Assembly: GCF_004010195.1 (NCBI RefSeq)
Contig: NC_057719.1
Span: 43,165,789 to 43,229,788 of the forward strand
DNA: 64,000 bases
Direction of reading: 5' to 3'
Source of the DNA: Chiloscyllium plagiosum
Lineage: Eukaryota
Shown here: positions 62,589 through 64,000 of the stretch, in pieces
Position numbering within the stretch: the stretch's first letter is position 1
Layout of the letters: the number at the start of each line of letters is the position of its first letter
The notes under the pieces: generated by a model
Told to the model about the DNA's origin: nothing
Databases searched by the model: none
Seen by the model: only the letters and a program-made list of their open reading frames with translations
Program-made: the position numbers and the translations under genes

Positions 62589-63630
62589 GTACAAAGTTAA
62601 AAATCACACAGCATCAGGTTATAGTCCAACAGGTTTATTTGGAAGCACTAGCCTTCAAGGCGCTACCTCTTCATCAGGTAGTTGTGGAACAGGACCATAA
62701 GACAGCTTTTTATAGCAAAAGGGTTATAGTGTGATGGAGCTGTAACAATATATTAAACAAATTTAGATTAAGTCTTTCATATTTTTAAATAGGATATGCT
62801 AGTTTTGGTTCTTTAATATGTAAATCCCAGAGCTCTTTTTAAGTTACATTCTCAAGGTAGCTTCAGCTTTTCTGGCAATGGATGCCATCTCAGCTCAGAC
62901 AATGCAGTAAAGATGTGAGGTTAAAGTCTGTCTGTGTCCCAGTGTTGAGTCAGACTGGTTCTATTTCTAAAATGGGACTTACAGAATCTTACATGGATTT
63001 ATGCAATATATTTTTGAGCAAAATAAAATGTAATTCTGCAATACAAATTCACCCCATAAACTTGTATATGCGCACAAGCAGAGGAGACAGTGAGTGCGTG
63101 CTTGTGAATGTGAACAAGCTTGGTCAAGTAGGTGTGTGAGTGTGATGGGGTATAAGCCTGTGAGAGGGTGCATGTGTGTACGTATTGCAGAGGGTCTGTT
63201 TGAGTATGTTGGAGTGTGTGTAGTAAAGTGGGGTCTCCTGTAGTGTGACATGAACCCAAGGTCCCAGTTGAAGCTATCTCCTTAGGTACCAAACTTGGCT
63301 ATCAGCCTCTGCTCAGCTGCTTTACATTGTTGCTTGTCCCAAAGTCTGCTATGGAGGATGGTCACCCAGGGGTCCAAGGCTGCATGTCCGAATGGGAGGG
63401 AACACTCCTGGCTGGTGATTGTTGCGCGGTGTCCATTCATCCATTGTCGTAGCGTCTGTTCAGTCTCACCAATGTACCATGCCTCAGGGCATCCTTGCCT
63501 GCAGCGTATGAGAGGCAACGTTGGCCAAGTCAACAAGTACCTGCTGCGTACGTGGTGGAAGGTGTCCCCACATGGAAAGGTGGTATTTATATCGACACTG
63601 ACATATCTTGAAGTGGTACAAAGTTGTTAA
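62589..63630 (-). mobile_element. Penelope-like element, GIY-YIG endonuclease end plus tail
   Basis: ORF 63282-63536 IRCRQGCPEAWYIGETEQTLRQWMNGHR...AEQRLIAKFGT; same family as 29265-31212. Confidence 0.9.
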
Positions 63631-63963
63631 TGACCACCACCGCGGGATCATGCACACGAGTAGTCACAATGATGGTGGAGTAACACAGTGTGATAGCCTT
63701 TCTTGGTTTGCAGCATTTGAGGTTGTGCACGACTGGACTTCAAATGTGGCACTAGTAATATGAGTGACACAAGGTCCAGCAATTGTGAGCACATTTGCCT
63801 CTGCTGCCACATGATTGCATCAGTTTGGCACCACAGAGCCCTAATATACATGTTATAATGCATACAAGATTGGTTTGAGCCACAATTGGACATCTGCCAT
63901 GAAATTATATGAAAATGGGAACATTCAGTCCATACTTTCCTCCATCTTTGTGTTTCTTTGCAG

Positions 63964-64000
63964 AGGGACTGAGGGGGAACCTGACTGAGATGAGCAAAGT
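63964..64000 (+). other. Predicted exon of the plus-strand gene with possible start codon (MSKV...), truncated by the window
   Basis: Strong acceptor ctttcctccatctttgtgtttctttgcag|; ATG at 63990-63992 with G at -3. Confidence 0.5.

Overview
Vertebrate genomic DNA, almost certainly a shark. The repeat content (HE1/V-SINE, HER1/CR1-type LINEs, Deu-domain SINEs) is typical of cartilaginous fishes; finer taxonomy cannot be fixed from the sequence. More than half the window is decayed mobile DNA: CR1 LINEs, a second CR1/L2-group LINE, RTE, Rex1/Babar, several Penelope-like (PLE) families carrying minimal hammerhead-ribozyme motifs, a degenerate Harbinger element and a young solo LTR. There is one N gap (556-1083). 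The host features centre on a CpG-rich, CCAAT/GC-box promoter at about 49.0-49.7 kb that looks bidirectional. On the + strand it appears to drive a gene whose probable second exon (ATG AGC AAA GT) starts at the window edge. On the - strand it appears to drive a spliced transcript of about 45 kb with no long ORF. That transcript ends in a repeat-free terminal exon of about 2.5 kb (3825-6372), containing a 51-aa single-pass membrane smORF and several extended microRNA-complementary sites. I could not name either gene. Exon calls are motif-based predictions and most repeat boundaries are approximate.
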